Shown here one piece after another: positions 45,015 through 53,869 of a stretch of DNA of 64,000 nucleotides (positions within the stretch are counted from its first letter, which is position 1; every line of letters begins with the position of its first letter). The DNA is from an uncultured Opitutaceae bacterium (GTDB taxonomy: Bacteria > Verrucomicrobiota > Verrucomicrobiia > Opitutales > Opitutaceae). The stretch is taken from NCBI GenBank assembly GCA_937889545.1, contig CALAOT010000073.1, positions 56,002 to 120,001 of the forward strand, written 5' to 3'. The position numbers were made by a program, and so were the translations under genes. The notes beneath the pieces were generated by a model. The model saw only the letters and a program-made list of their open reading frames with translations. It had not been told where the DNA came from and ran no database searches.

Positions 45015-46119
45015 CTACCTGTCCAGCTACGCCGACGTTTTCGGGCCGCTTCGCATCCTGCGCTACATCACGCTTCGAACGCTCCTTGCTGCGGGGACAG
45101 CCGCCCTGATCGGATTCGTGATCGGCCCATGGCTCATCGCGCACCTGCGCCGGCTGAAGTTCGGGCAGCACTATGACGACGACCGGACCGGCGACCTCGC
45201 GAGCCGATTCGACAAGAAGAACACCCCGACCATGGGGGGTCTGCTGATTTTTGCGTGCGTGTTCCTGAGCACCTTCCTCTGGGCGGCGCCCAACATATGG
45301 GTGGTCGTGGCCCTCTTCGTGTACACGGCCCTCACCTTTGTGGGGTTCAGGGACGACTACCTGAAGGTGGTGCGCAAGAACCGGAACGGGATCTCTCCTG
45401 GGGCGAAGATCTTCTTGCAGTCGGTCACGACCGCGCTCGCGCTCACGGCGCTCCTGATGCACCCGGCGAGCTCGGAGAAGATACGCGAGCTCTGGGTGCC
45501 CTTCATCAAGCATCCCGTGGTCGCCAGCATGCCAATCGCGGCGCTTGCCGTCCTGATCTACCTTTGGATCGTGGGATTCTCGAACGCGATCAACGTGACC
45601 GACGGCCTCGACGGTCTCGCCATCGGCTGCACGATCACGGTGGCCCTGACCTTCGGCCTCATGGCGTACGCTGCCGGCAATGCCAAGATCGCCGACTACC
45701 TGCTCATCAGCTTCGTGCCCGGCACGGGAGAACTCGCGGTCGTCTGCGGGGCGCTGGTCGGGGCGGGCCTTGCTTTCCTCTGGTACAACTCGCATCCGGC
45801 CGAGCTCTTCATGGGCGACACCGGGTCGCTTGCGCTCGGGGGCATCCTCGGCATGATCGCCTTCATGGTGCAGCAGCCACTGACGCTCGTCCTTATCGGA
45901 GGGGTGTTCGTGTGGGAGCTTGTGTCGGTTGTCATCCAGGTCGGCTATTTCAAGTTCACGCGCAGCCGCTACGGGGAGGGCAGGAGGGTCTTCCTCATGG
46001 CGCCCATCCACCACCACTTCCAGAAGCTCGGGTGGCCGGAGTCGAAGATCGTTGCGCGCTTCTGGATCCTCTCTCTCATTTTCGCCCTCGCTGGCCTCGG
46101 AACGCTGAAGCTTCGCTAA
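45007..46119 (+). CDS. mraY: phospho-N-acetylmuramoyl-pentapeptide transferase
   Basis: The ATG at 45007 overlaps murF by 8 nt. Contains MLSYLSSYADVFGPLRILRYITLR..., KKNTPTMGG, NAINVTDGLDGLA and PIHHHF. Confidence 0.95.
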   Translation: MLSYLSSYADVFGPLRILRYITLRTLLAAGTAALIGFVIGPWLIAHLRRLKFGQHYDDDRTGDLASRFDKKNTPTMGGLLIFACVFLSTFLWAAPNIWVVVALFVYTALTFVGFRDDYLKVVRKNRNGISPGAKIFLQSVTTALALTALLMHPASSEKIRELWVPFIKHPVVASMPIAALAVLIYLWIVGFSNAINVTDGLDGLAIGCTITVALTFGLMAYAAGNAKIADYLLISFVPGTGELAVVCGALVGAGLAFLWYNSHPAELFMGDTGSLALGGILGMIAFMVQQPLTLVLIGGVFVWELVSVVIQVGYFKFTRSRYGEGRRVFLMAPIHHHFQKLGWPESKIVARFWILSLIFALAGLGTLKLR

Positions 46120-46122
46120 ACG

Positions 46123-47400
46123 ATGCCCTTCGCCATCCCAGAATTCCTCAGCTCAAGGCTCGCCCTTCCCGTGGCCGTCCTCGGGTGCGGCGTGAGCGGA
46201 GACGGCGTCCTTTCGCTCCTGTCGAAGCTCGGCGCGAGAGCCGCGGTTTACGATCGGAACGGGGACGAATTCACGGCGGAAACGGCCCGTGAGCACGGCC
46301 TCGTCGTATTCTCACCCGGATTCTCCCTCCATCATCCCTGGCTGGAGCTTGCGCGGAAGGCCGGCTGCATCTGCATGGCGGAGATGGACTTTGCCTCCGT
46401 GTTCTGGCTCGGCCGGATTGTCGCGGTGACCGGAACCAACGGCAAGACCACCCTCACCGAGTTCCTGGCTCATGCGCTTTGCGGCGCGGGGATGCGCGCG
46501 CGGGCGGCGGGCAACATCGGGCTGCCGCTCACCAGGCTTGTCGCCGACGAGGACGGGGGCGGGCCGCAGACGCTGGCGGTTTGCGAGGTGAGCTCGTTCC
46601 AGGCCGAGCAGCTGGGGCACTTCCGCGCGGATTCGTTGCTCTGGACGAATTTCGCAGAGGACCACCTGGAGCGGCATCCGGGGATGGAGGCCTATTTTGC
46701 GGCCAAGTGGGAGCTGGTGACCCGGACGCCGGCGGATCGATTCTTCGCGGGGAGCTCGGTGTGGCGCTACGCCGCGCTAGCCAGGCGCCCGATCGCTTCC
46801 GGAGCGTGCGTCGCAACGGAGGGCCAGCGCGCCGACACCGGGCTCGAGGGGACGCCATTTGAGTCCTATCCCCAGCGGGAGAACTTCATGCTCGCGGCCG
46901 TCTGGTGGAGGAGCGAGGGCCTGGACGAGTCGGCGCTCTACGCCGCGGCAAGAACCTTCCGGCTGGGCCGTCACCGGCTTGCCAGGGTGGCGGAGATAGA
47001 TGGGGTGACCTATTGGAACGACTCCAAGGCCACGAATTTCCATGCCGTCGAGGCCGCGCTCGCGAGCCTCCGGGGCCCCACCGTGCTGATCGCCGGCGGC
47101 AGGTCAAAAGGGGGCGACCTGGCTGGCTTCGCCCGAAGGGTCGCTCCGCGGGTTGCGCACGCCCTGCTCATCGGCGAGACCGGCCCGGCGCTTGCCGCGG
47201 CATTCCAGGCGTGCGGCGTCTCCCACGCGGTGTGCGACACGCTCGACGAAGCGGTTCGCGGCGCTGCCGCGGCCGCCCAGCCGGGGGGAAACGTGCTGCT
47301 CAGCCCGGGCTTCACGAGCTTTGACATGTTCCGCAGCTACGAGGACCGGGGCAACCGCTTCGAAAGGGCCGTAACCGAGCTTCATGCGGCCCGAGTTTGA
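46123..47400 (+). CDS. murD: UDP-N-acetylmuramoylalanine--D-glutamate ligase
   Basis: 425 aa. Contains VAVLGCGVSGDG, the P-loop VAVTGTNGKTT and WNDSKATN. Confidence 0.92.
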   Translation: MPFAIPEFLSSRLALPVAVLGCGVSGDGVLSLLSKLGARAAVYDRNGDEFTAETAREHGLVVFSPGFSLHHPWLELARKAGCICMAEMDFASVFWLGRIVAVTGTNGKTTLTEFLAHALCGAGMRARAAGNIGLPLTRLVADEDGGGPQTLAVCEVSSFQAEQLGHFRADSLLWTNFAEDHLERHPGMEAYFAAKWELVTRTPADRFFAGSSVWRYAALARRPIASGACVATEGQRADTGLEGTPFESYPQRENFMLAAVWWRSEGLDESALYAAARTFRLGRHRLARVAEIDGVTYWNDSKATNFHAVEAALASLRGPTVLIAGGRSKGGDLAGFARRVAPRVAHALLIGETGPALAAAFQACGVSHAVCDTLDEAVRGAAAAAQPGGNVLLSPGFTSFDMFRSYEDRGNRFERAVTELHAARV

Positions 47401-47461
47401 AATGGCTTTGGAAACGACAAACGACAACCTGTGAGCTACGCGATAATTCGACACTAATTCC

Positions 47462-48325
47462 ATGAAAATAATCAAGATACTGGGAATTGCGGCGGGCATC
47501 CATGCGCTTGCCCTGATCCTCATCTTTTCCAATCCGGGCTGCAGCTACACCAAGGCGGCTGGCCCCGACCCATCGCCGATAACGCCGGCACCCTTGGCCG
47601 ATGCGTCCGCGTCCGGCGCCACCCCCGAGACCCCAACGATCCGGTACAGCCCCACGCGCCCAGGAACCGCGGTCGCGTCCGCGCTCGAGGCGGAGCCGGT
47701 GTCCGGCGTGACGCCCGCCACCACCTACACCGTGGCCCGGGGCGACAGCCTTTGGAGCATCGCCAAGGCGAACCAGATTTCTCGGACGGACCTTGCCGTC
47801 GCCAACAACCTGAGCGCGGCGGCGATCCTGCACGTCGGCCAAAAACTGATCATTCCGACAAGGTCGATGCCGGCCGCCGCCGCCGCCGCCGTCGCCCCCG
47901 TCGGCGCCGCCGCCAGCGCCGCCAGCCCCGCAGCCCCTGAGAGGGCGGCCGGGGAGGCGCAGAGGCACGTCGTAAAAACGGGCGAAACACTTGGGGCGAT
48001 AGCGCACAAGTATGGCGTCCGCCAGGGAGACATTGCGGTGGCGAACAACATAACCGATCCGAGGAAGATCCAGCCCGGCATGGAGCTCGTGATCCCCTCC
48101 AAGTCCACGCCAGCCGGCGCCAGGCAGGCCAAGGGCGCAAAGGCCAAGGCGGAAGCGACCGATGCCTCGAAGGCCACGTCCGCTGCGACGCAAGGCAAGC
48201 CTGCGATCGTGGCTCCCGGCACGGAGCAGGATCTGGATGCGGGCCTGAAGCCGCCAAGCGCCTCCGAAGTTCCGGTGGTCAAGATCGAGGATGCACCCAC
48301 GGCCACGCAGCCGAAGAACCCCTGA
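47462..48325 (+). CDS. membrane-anchored/lipoprotein-like protein with two LysM peptidoglycan-binding domains
   Basis: 287 aa. The N-terminus is MKIIKILGIAAGIHALALILIFSNPGCS. The LysM domains are YTVARGDSLWSIAKANQISRTDLAVANNL..GQKLIIP and HVVKTGETLGAIAHKYGVRQGDIAVANNI...GMELVIP. They are separated by an Ala/Pro-rich linker. Confidence 0.85.
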   Translation: MKIIKILGIAAGIHALALILIFSNPGCSYTKAAGPDPSPITPAPLADASASGATPETPTIRYSPTRPGTAVASALEAEPVSGVTPATTYTVARGDSLWSIAKANQISRTDLAVANNLSAAAILHVGQKLIIPTRSMPAAAAAAVAPVGAAASAASPAAPERAAGEAQRHVVKTGETLGAIAHKYGVRQGDIAVANNITDPRKIQPGMELVIPSKSTPAGARQAKGAKAKAEATDASKATSAATQGKPAIVAPGTEQDLDAGLKPPSASEVPVVKIEDAPTATQPKNP

Positions 48326-48337
48326 CGCACGAGCGCC

Positions 48338-49501
48338 ATGGCAAGCGAGAGGCCCGCTGAATCCTTCCGTGCCCGGTCGGTCGCAAACCCCGTGGCCGTC
48401 ATACTGGTCTGCGCGATCGGCCTGACATTCCTCGGCCTCACGATACTCTTTAGCGCCAGCGTCTCGCTAAAGCAGGATCCCTACTTCTACCTCGACAAGC
48501 AGTTGCTGGGCGTGGTGGCTGCCGGGTTGCTCTGCTTCGTCGCAAGCAGGATCAACCTTGATTACGCGCGTCGGGCGTCGGCATGGATCGCCGCGGGGGC
48601 GCTCCTCCTGCTCGTCCTCGTGATTATCCCGCACCTCGGCGTCTCGGTCAAGGGCAGCCGCCGATGGCTGGGCTTCGGCGCGGCGAGGCTGCAGGTGTCC
48701 GAGTTTGCCAAGCTCGCGATGGTGTTCTGCATGGCCCACTACCTCGCCCTCAACCAGACGCGGATCGGCGATTTCAAGAGAGGCTATCTCTATCCCCTCG
48801 GGATCATCGGCGCGTTCGCCGGGCTGATCCTCGTCGAGCCCGACTTCGGGACCGCGGCCCTCGCGCTCTCGGTCGGGCTCATCCTCCTGTTCCTTGCGGG
48901 GGCCAAGTGGCGCTACATCCTTCCCACAATCGGTCTATCGGCGGCGGCGTTTGCGGTGCTCGTTGCGCACAACCCGAACCGGCTGCGGCGGTTCACGGCG
49001 TTCCTGGACGTGGAAGGCAACAGGCAGGGCGGCACATACCAGCTTTACCAGTCCCTGGAGGCGTTTGCGGCGGGCGGGGTGGGAGGCGCAGGTCTGGGCC
49101 AGGGCCGGCAGCAGATCAATTTCCTGCCGGAGGCGCACACCGACTTCATCTTCGCAGTTGTCGGCGAGGAGCTGGGAATGTGGTTCACGCTGGGCGTGGT
49201 CGGGGTCTTCGCCGTCATCTTCGTTGCCGGTCTCGCGCACCTGCGAAGGGCGCCGAACCTGTTCCATTTCCTGCTCGCCGCCGGGTGCCTGCTCCTCATG
49301 TGCCTGCAGTCCATCATCAACCTTGGCGTGGTGACGGGCGTCCTGCCGACAAAGGGGATATCGCTGCCCTTCATCAGCGCGGGGCTGTCCAACCTTCTGC
49401 TCATGGGCCTGCTGGTCGGCATCCTCATCAACACGCAGCGGACCTGGGGTCGGGCGGCGCTCCGGCCGGGTTCAGGTTCGATGCGCGAGGTCCTGGCATG
49501 A
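48338..49501 (+). CDS. ftsW: peptidoglycan glycosyltransferase FtsW (SEDS family)
   Basis: 387 aa and polytopic. Contains the SEDS signatures LQVSEFAKLAMV and PEAHTDFIFAVVGEELG. Confidence 0.92.
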   Translation: MASERPAESFRARSVANPVAVILVCAIGLTFLGLTILFSASVSLKQDPYFYLDKQLLGVVAAGLLCFVASRINLDYARRASAWIAAGALLLLVLVIIPHLGVSVKGSRRWLGFGAARLQVSEFAKLAMVFCMAHYLALNQTRIGDFKRGYLYPLGIIGAFAGLILVEPDFGTAALALSVGLILLFLAGAKWRYILPTIGLSAAAFAVLVAHNPNRLRRFTAFLDVEGNRQGGTYQLYQSLEAFAAGGVGGAGLGQGRQQINFLPEAHTDFIFAVVGEELGMWFTLGVVGVFAVIFVAGLAHLRRAPNLFHFLLAAGCLLLMCLQSIINLGVVTGVLPTKGISLPFISAGLSNLLLMGLLVGILINTQRTWGRAALRPGSGSMREVLA

Positions 49502-50628
49502 GCCGCTTCCTGATATCCTGCGGCGGCACCGGCGGGCATGTGTCACCCGGCATATCGGTCGCCGAGGGGCTTGTTGCGCGAGGCCATGAGGCTTTGCTCC
49601 TCATAAGCACGAAGGGGGTGGACGCGCGCCTGGTCGGGAAGTACCCCCACCTGCGGTTTGAGCGCATGCCGGGGACGGGATTCTCGTGGAACCCATTCAG
49701 GATGGCGCGGTTCGGCGTCTCCCAGGCGGCCGGGCTGGCGTACTGCCTCCGGCTCATGCGGGCGATGCGCCCCGACGCCGTCGTCGGTTTCGGCGGCTTC
49801 ACGTCGGCGCCCGTCGCGGTGGCGGGGTTCTTGCTGGGCGTCCCGGTGGCGCTGCACGAGGCAAACCGCGTGCCCGGCCTTGCGATACGCACGTTTGGGC
49901 CCTTCGCAGCGCGCGTGTACCTCCCTCATGGCATCCGGGTCCGGGGCGTGCGGGCAGCGGCGACCCGCTATGCGGGCCTTCCTGTCCGCCGCGAGATTGC
50001 CCGCATGCCCTCCGCGGCGGCGCGCCAGGCGCTCGGCCTGGATCCGCAGCAGAAGGTGCTCGTCGTCCTGGGCGGGAGCCAGGGCGCGTCGTCGCTCAAC
50101 GCATGGGCCCGCAGCCGGCTTGAGATGCTTGCTTCCGAGGGGATCCAGGTGGTGTGCGTGACCGGGCCCGGGAAGGGTGTTCCCGAGGCGAAGTCGCTCC
50201 AGCTGCAGACGGGCGAGCAGGTGAAGGCCATATTCATGCCGTTCTGCGACCGGGTCGCCGAGCTTTTTTCGGCGGCCGACGTCGTCGTATCGCGCGCAGG
50301 GGCCGGCACGCTGGCAGAGCTGATCCGGTGCGAGGTTCCCGCGATCCTCGTGCCCTATCCGCGCGCCGCCTCGGACCACCAGCGCGCAAACGCGGCCTTC
50401 TTTGAGCGCCAGGGCGGCGGTTTTGTCGTGGAGGAGGCGGCCCTCGGAGCGCTGCACTCCGAGGTGCTCGATGTGATCTTCAACGACTGGCTGCTACGCC
50501 AGTTCCGCAGCAACCTCAGGAGGATGGACCGGGCCAACTCGCTCGAGCTGATGCTGGCGGACCTGGACGGCATCGCCGGAAAGGGGACCGAAGCCCGTCA
50601 CAACCCGACGATGGAGGCCGCCGCATGA
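49498..50628 (+). CDS. murG: undecaprenyldiphospho-muramoylpentapeptide beta-N-acetylglucosaminyltransferase
   Basis: The ATG at 49498 overlaps the ftsW stop (ATGA). Contains MSRFLISCGGTGGHVSPGISVAE and VVSRAGAGTLAEL. Confidence 0.93.
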   Translation: MSRFLISCGGTGGHVSPGISVAEGLVARGHEALLLISTKGVDARLVGKYPHLRFERMPGTGFSWNPFRMARFGVSQAAGLAYCLRLMRAMRPDAVVGFGGFTSAPVAVAGFLLGVPVALHEANRVPGLAIRTFGPFAARVYLPHGIRVRGVRAAATRYAGLPVRREIARMPSAAARQALGLDPQQKVLVVLGGSQGASSLNAWARSRLEMLASEGIQVVCVTGPGKGVPEAKSLQLQTGEQVKAIFMPFCDRVAELFSAADVVVSRAGAGTLAELIRCEVPAILVPYPRAASDHQRANAAFFERQGGGFVVEEAALGALHSEVLDVIFNDWLLRQFRSNLRRMDRANSLELMLADLDGIAGKGTEARHNPTMEAAA

Positions 50629-52937
50629 GGCCGCCTCCGCTTCCGACCCTCTTTGGCCGTGCGGTGCTCCGAATCCACTGCCTCGGCGTGGGCGGGATGG
50701 GCGTCGCGCCGCTCGCGATATACCTTGCGCGGTCGGGATGGCGGGTGTCGGGCGAGGACGACGCGCTATCAGGCGAGGTATCGCTGCTGCTCGCCGGCGC
50801 CGGGGTCGAGGTCGGGCCCCTTCCTGCCGAGTGCGATCTGGTCGTCCGGTCGTCGGCCATCCCCGACTCGCACCCCTCGTTTGCCGGCGCGGCGCAGCGC
50901 GGCCTGGTGCCCGTCAGGCGGGGCGAATTGCTGGCGGAGGTCCTGCGCGACAAGAAGCTTGTCGCCGTCTGCGGCTCGCACGGGAAGACGACGACGACTG
51001 CCATGCTGGTCGTCGCGCTCCGCAATGCCGGGTTTCCGGCAGGATATGTCGCGGGCGGGCTCTTCAACGACACGACTCCGCCCGCGGACCTGGGATCCAA
51101 CGAATGGGCCGTGGCCGAGGTGGACGAAAGCGACGGGACGATCGGCGGGTTCGCGCCCGAGATCACGGTGATCGTGAATCTCGACTGGGACCATCCGGAC
51201 CACTACGGGAGCCCGGCCGAACTTGAGGCCGAGTTCGCCGCCCTTTGCGCGCGCACGCGGGGCTCAGTCCTTGTCAGCGATGCCTGCGCCCTCTCACTCC
51301 GGCTCGCCCCGTCCGCCGCGACCTTCGGGCGGAGCGGCAGCTATTCCGGCACCTTCGTTGGGGAGGCGGAGGGGCGCATGACGCTGGCTCTCGGCGGCCG
51401 CTTCAAGCCGACGGAGGTCCTCGTCAGGGCGCGGGGCGACTTCAACGCGGCAAACGCGACCGCGGCTCTGGCCGCCGCGCAGTTGATGGGAGTGGAGCCG
51501 GCGTGTGGATCGCTTGCGGAATACCCGGGCGTGCGCAGGCGCCAGGGCGTGCTCATGGAGGAGGGCGGGATGACCGTCATGGAGGACTACGCCCACCATC
51601 CCGCCGAGATTCGCGCGCTCCTGTCGAGCCTCCGCCGGCGGATCCCTCCTCGGGGAAGGCTGATCGCGGTGTTTCAGCCCCATCGCCACAGCCGCACGGC
51701 CCAGTTCAAGGCGGAATTCGCCGCGTCACTGGCGCTGGCCGACAGCGTGCACCTGCTCGACGTCTATTCGGCGGGAGAATCCCCGGTTTCGGGGGGGACG
51801 ACGGCCGACGTCTACGCAGAAATCAAGAAGGGGGCAACGCGGCTTCCGGTGAGCTACCTGCCCGGGCAGGGGGCGGGCGGCCTTCCCGCGCTCCTTCGCG
51901 ACGCAAGGCGGGGCGACCTGGTCGTGTTTGTCGGCGCGGGCGACATCGACAAGATCGCCAGGACCTGGGTGGAGGCTGCGAGGAAAGGGATAGCCCGCTC
52001 GCTCCAGTGGGACCGGTTCGCCGAGTCGGTCCGGCCCCTCTTGTCCAGGACTTCGAAGCTCACCCGGGACGAGCCCCTGGCCGCGAAGACGACCCTCAGG
52101 GTCGGCGGCGCGGCCCGGCTTTACGCCGAGCCATCGACCGAGGACGACCTACGCGTCCTGCTCGTCGAGGCCGGCCGGAACGCGGTTCCGGTCTTCATCC
52201 TTGGGCGCGGCTCCAACCTGATCGTGCCCGACGAGGGCGTCGAGGGCCTCGTCGTCTCGCTTTCGCAGGATTCATGGTCGGGCTTCGGGACCCTTCCGGA
52301 CGGCAGGGTCCGGGCGGGAGCGGGCCTGAGGCTCAAGAATCTCTGCGGGCTCGCGGCGGCCGCCGGACTCGCGGGCTTTGAGTTTCTCGAGGGGATCCCG
52401 GGAAGCGTTGGCGGCGCCCTGAGAATGAACGCGGGCGCCATGGGCGGCTGGATTTTCGACGTCGTGGACGAGGTGCGGCTGATGTCCGCGGGCGGCGCGG
52501 TCAGCACGCTCCCGCGATCCTCGATGAACGTGGACTACCGGCAGTGCGCCGAGCTGCGGGACGCGATAGCGCTCAGCGCCGTCCTGCGGCCCGTATCCAG
52601 GAGCGACGCCGGCACCGTGGGACGGAAGATCGAGGACTATCGCCGGAAGAGGCACGAGTCGCAGCCCCGCGAGCCGAGCGCCGGGTGCATCTTCAAGAAT
52701 CCTCCGGGCGTTTCCGCGGGCCGGCTGATAGAGGAAAGCGGCCTGAAGGGCGCGCGGGTGGGGGGCGCGGAGGTTTCCCGCGTGCATGCGAACTTTGTCG
52801 TGAACCGCGGTGACGCCACGAGCGCGGACATCCTCGAGCTGGTGCGCCGGGTGAGGGCCCGAGTCCGCCAGGCCAAGGGCGTGGAGCTTGAGCCCGAGGT
52901 GCTGCTGTACGGCAAGGACTGGAGGGACGTCCTGTGA
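50625..52937 (+). CDS. murC/murB: fused UDP-N-acetylmuramate--L-alanine ligase / UDP-N-acetylenolpyruvoylglucosamine reductase (MurC-MurB)
   Basis: 770 aa. The ATG overlaps the murG stop (ATGA). The N-terminal part is MurC-like (IHCLGVGGMGVAPLAIYLARSGWRVSGED, VCGSHGKTTTT, EDYAHHPAE). From about residue 470 it is MurB-like (PLAAKTTLRVGGAARLY...FILGRGSNLIV...GIPGSVGGALRMNAGA...PREPSAGCIFKNP). Confidence 0.92.
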   Translation: MRPPPLPTLFGRAVLRIHCLGVGGMGVAPLAIYLARSGWRVSGEDDALSGEVSLLLAGAGVEVGPLPAECDLVVRSSAIPDSHPSFAGAAQRGLVPVRRGELLAEVLRDKKLVAVCGSHGKTTTTAMLVVALRNAGFPAGYVAGGLFNDTTPPADLGSNEWAVAEVDESDGTIGGFAPEITVIVNLDWDHPDHYGSPAELEAEFAALCARTRGSVLVSDACALSLRLAPSAATFGRSGSYSGTFVGEAEGRMTLALGGRFKPTEVLVRARGDFNAANATAALAAAQLMGVEPACGSLAEYPGVRRRQGVLMEEGGMTVMEDYAHHPAEIRALLSSLRRRIPPRGRLIAVFQPHRHSRTAQFKAEFAASLALADSVHLLDVYSAGESPVSGGTTADVYAEIKKGATRLPVSYLPGQGAGGLPALLRDARRGDLVVFVGAGDIDKIARTWVEAARKGIARSLQWDRFAESVRPLLSRTSKLTRDEPLAAKTTLRVGGAARLYAEPSTEDDLRVLLVEAGRNAVPVFILGRGSNLIVPDEGVEGLVVSLSQDSWSGFGTLPDGRVRAGAGLRLKNLCGLAAAAGLAGFEFLEGIPGSVGGALRMNAGAMGGWIFDVVDEVRLMSAGGAVSTLPRSSMNVDYRQCAELRDAIALSAVLRPVSRSDAGTVGRKIEDYRRKRHESQPREPSAGCIFKNPPGVSAGRLIEESGLKGARVGGAEVSRVHANFVVNRGDATSADILELVRRVRARVRQAKGVELEPEVLLYGKDWRDVL

Positions 52938-53869
52938 GCGACCCGGTTATCGCCGTGTTTGCCGGCGGGACCTCCGCCGAGCGCGAGGTCTCCAGCGGAT
53001 CGGGGCGCGCGTGCGCGCTTGCAATGGCGCGGTCGTTCACGACGCGGCTATTCAACATCGCGGCGGACGCTCTTCCCGACGGCTACGACCCGGAGAGGCA
53101 CGTCGTCTTTTCCACGCTTCACGGCACCTTTGGCGAGGACGGCGGAATGCAGCGGCTGCTCGACGCCGCCGGGGGGGCGTACGCGGGCTGCGACGCCGCC
53201 TCGAGCGCGTTGACGATGGACAAGGCGCTCACGAAGGAGGCCGTGTCGTCGCGCGGCGTGCGGGTGGCCGAAGGGATCGTGTTCGACGCCGAGGCGAAGC
53301 CGCAGGCGGCCGAGGTCGCTCGGCGCCTGGGGGTCCGCGTCATAGTCAAGCCCAACAACCAGGGCAGCAGCGTGGGGTTGAGCGTCGTCGCGGACATGAA
53401 GGGGCTAGAGGCCTCGATGGGCGCAATCGCCCGGGGCCGCTGGATCGTCGAACGCCGGATCGACGGGCGGGAGCTTTCGGTGGGGGTTCTCGGGGGCTCG
53501 GCGATGGGGATCGTCGAGATCAGGCCGGCCTCGGGGGTGTACGACTACGCGAGCAAGTACACGAAGGGCATGACCGAATACCTTGTGCCGGCGCCGCTCG
53601 AAGGCGCCCTCTGCGATAGGGTCAGGACGGCGGCGGAGGCCGCGTTTGCGGCGTGCGGGTGCCGCGACTACGCGCGCGTCGATTTCATCCTCAGCGCGCA
53701 GGGCGAGCCGCTGCTGCTCGAGATCAACACGCTCCCCGGCATGAAGGAGACGAGCCTGCTGCCGATGAGCGCGCGCTGCTCGGGACTGGATTTCACGGCC
53801 CTGGTTAGGGAGATGGTCTCGCCGGCGGTCGAGCGCTTCCGTTCGAGGATCGCCTCGTTGCGCCCATGA
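52934..53869 (+). CDS. ddl: D-alanine--D-alanine ligase
   Basis: 311 aa. The GTG overlaps the murC/B stop (GTGA). Contains VFAGGTSAEREVS, HGTFGEDGGMQRLLD, VKPNNQGSSVG and LEINTLPGM. Confidence 0.92.
   Translation: MSDPVIAVFAGGTSAEREVSSGSGRACALAMARSFTTRLFNIAADALPDGYDPERHVVFSTLHGTFGEDGGMQRLLDAAGGAYAGCDAASSALTMDKALTKEAVSSRGVRVAEGIVFDAEAKPQAAEVARRLGVRVIVKPNNQGSSVGLSVVADMKGLEASMGAIARGRWIVERRIDGRELSVGVLGGSAMGIVEIRPASGVYDYASKYTKGMTEYLVPAPLEGALCDRVRTAAEAAFAACGCRDYARVDFILSAQGEPLLLEINTLPGMKETSLLPMSARCSGLDFTALVREMVSPAVERFRSRIASLRP

Noticed and set aside
47872-47930. GCC-rich simple repeat (gccgccgccgccgccgcc...)
   Set aside because: It encodes the poly-Ala/Pro linker (AAAAAVAPVGAAASAASPAAP) between the two LysM domains. 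It is in-frame low-complexity coding sequence, not a CRISPR or intergenic microsatellite.
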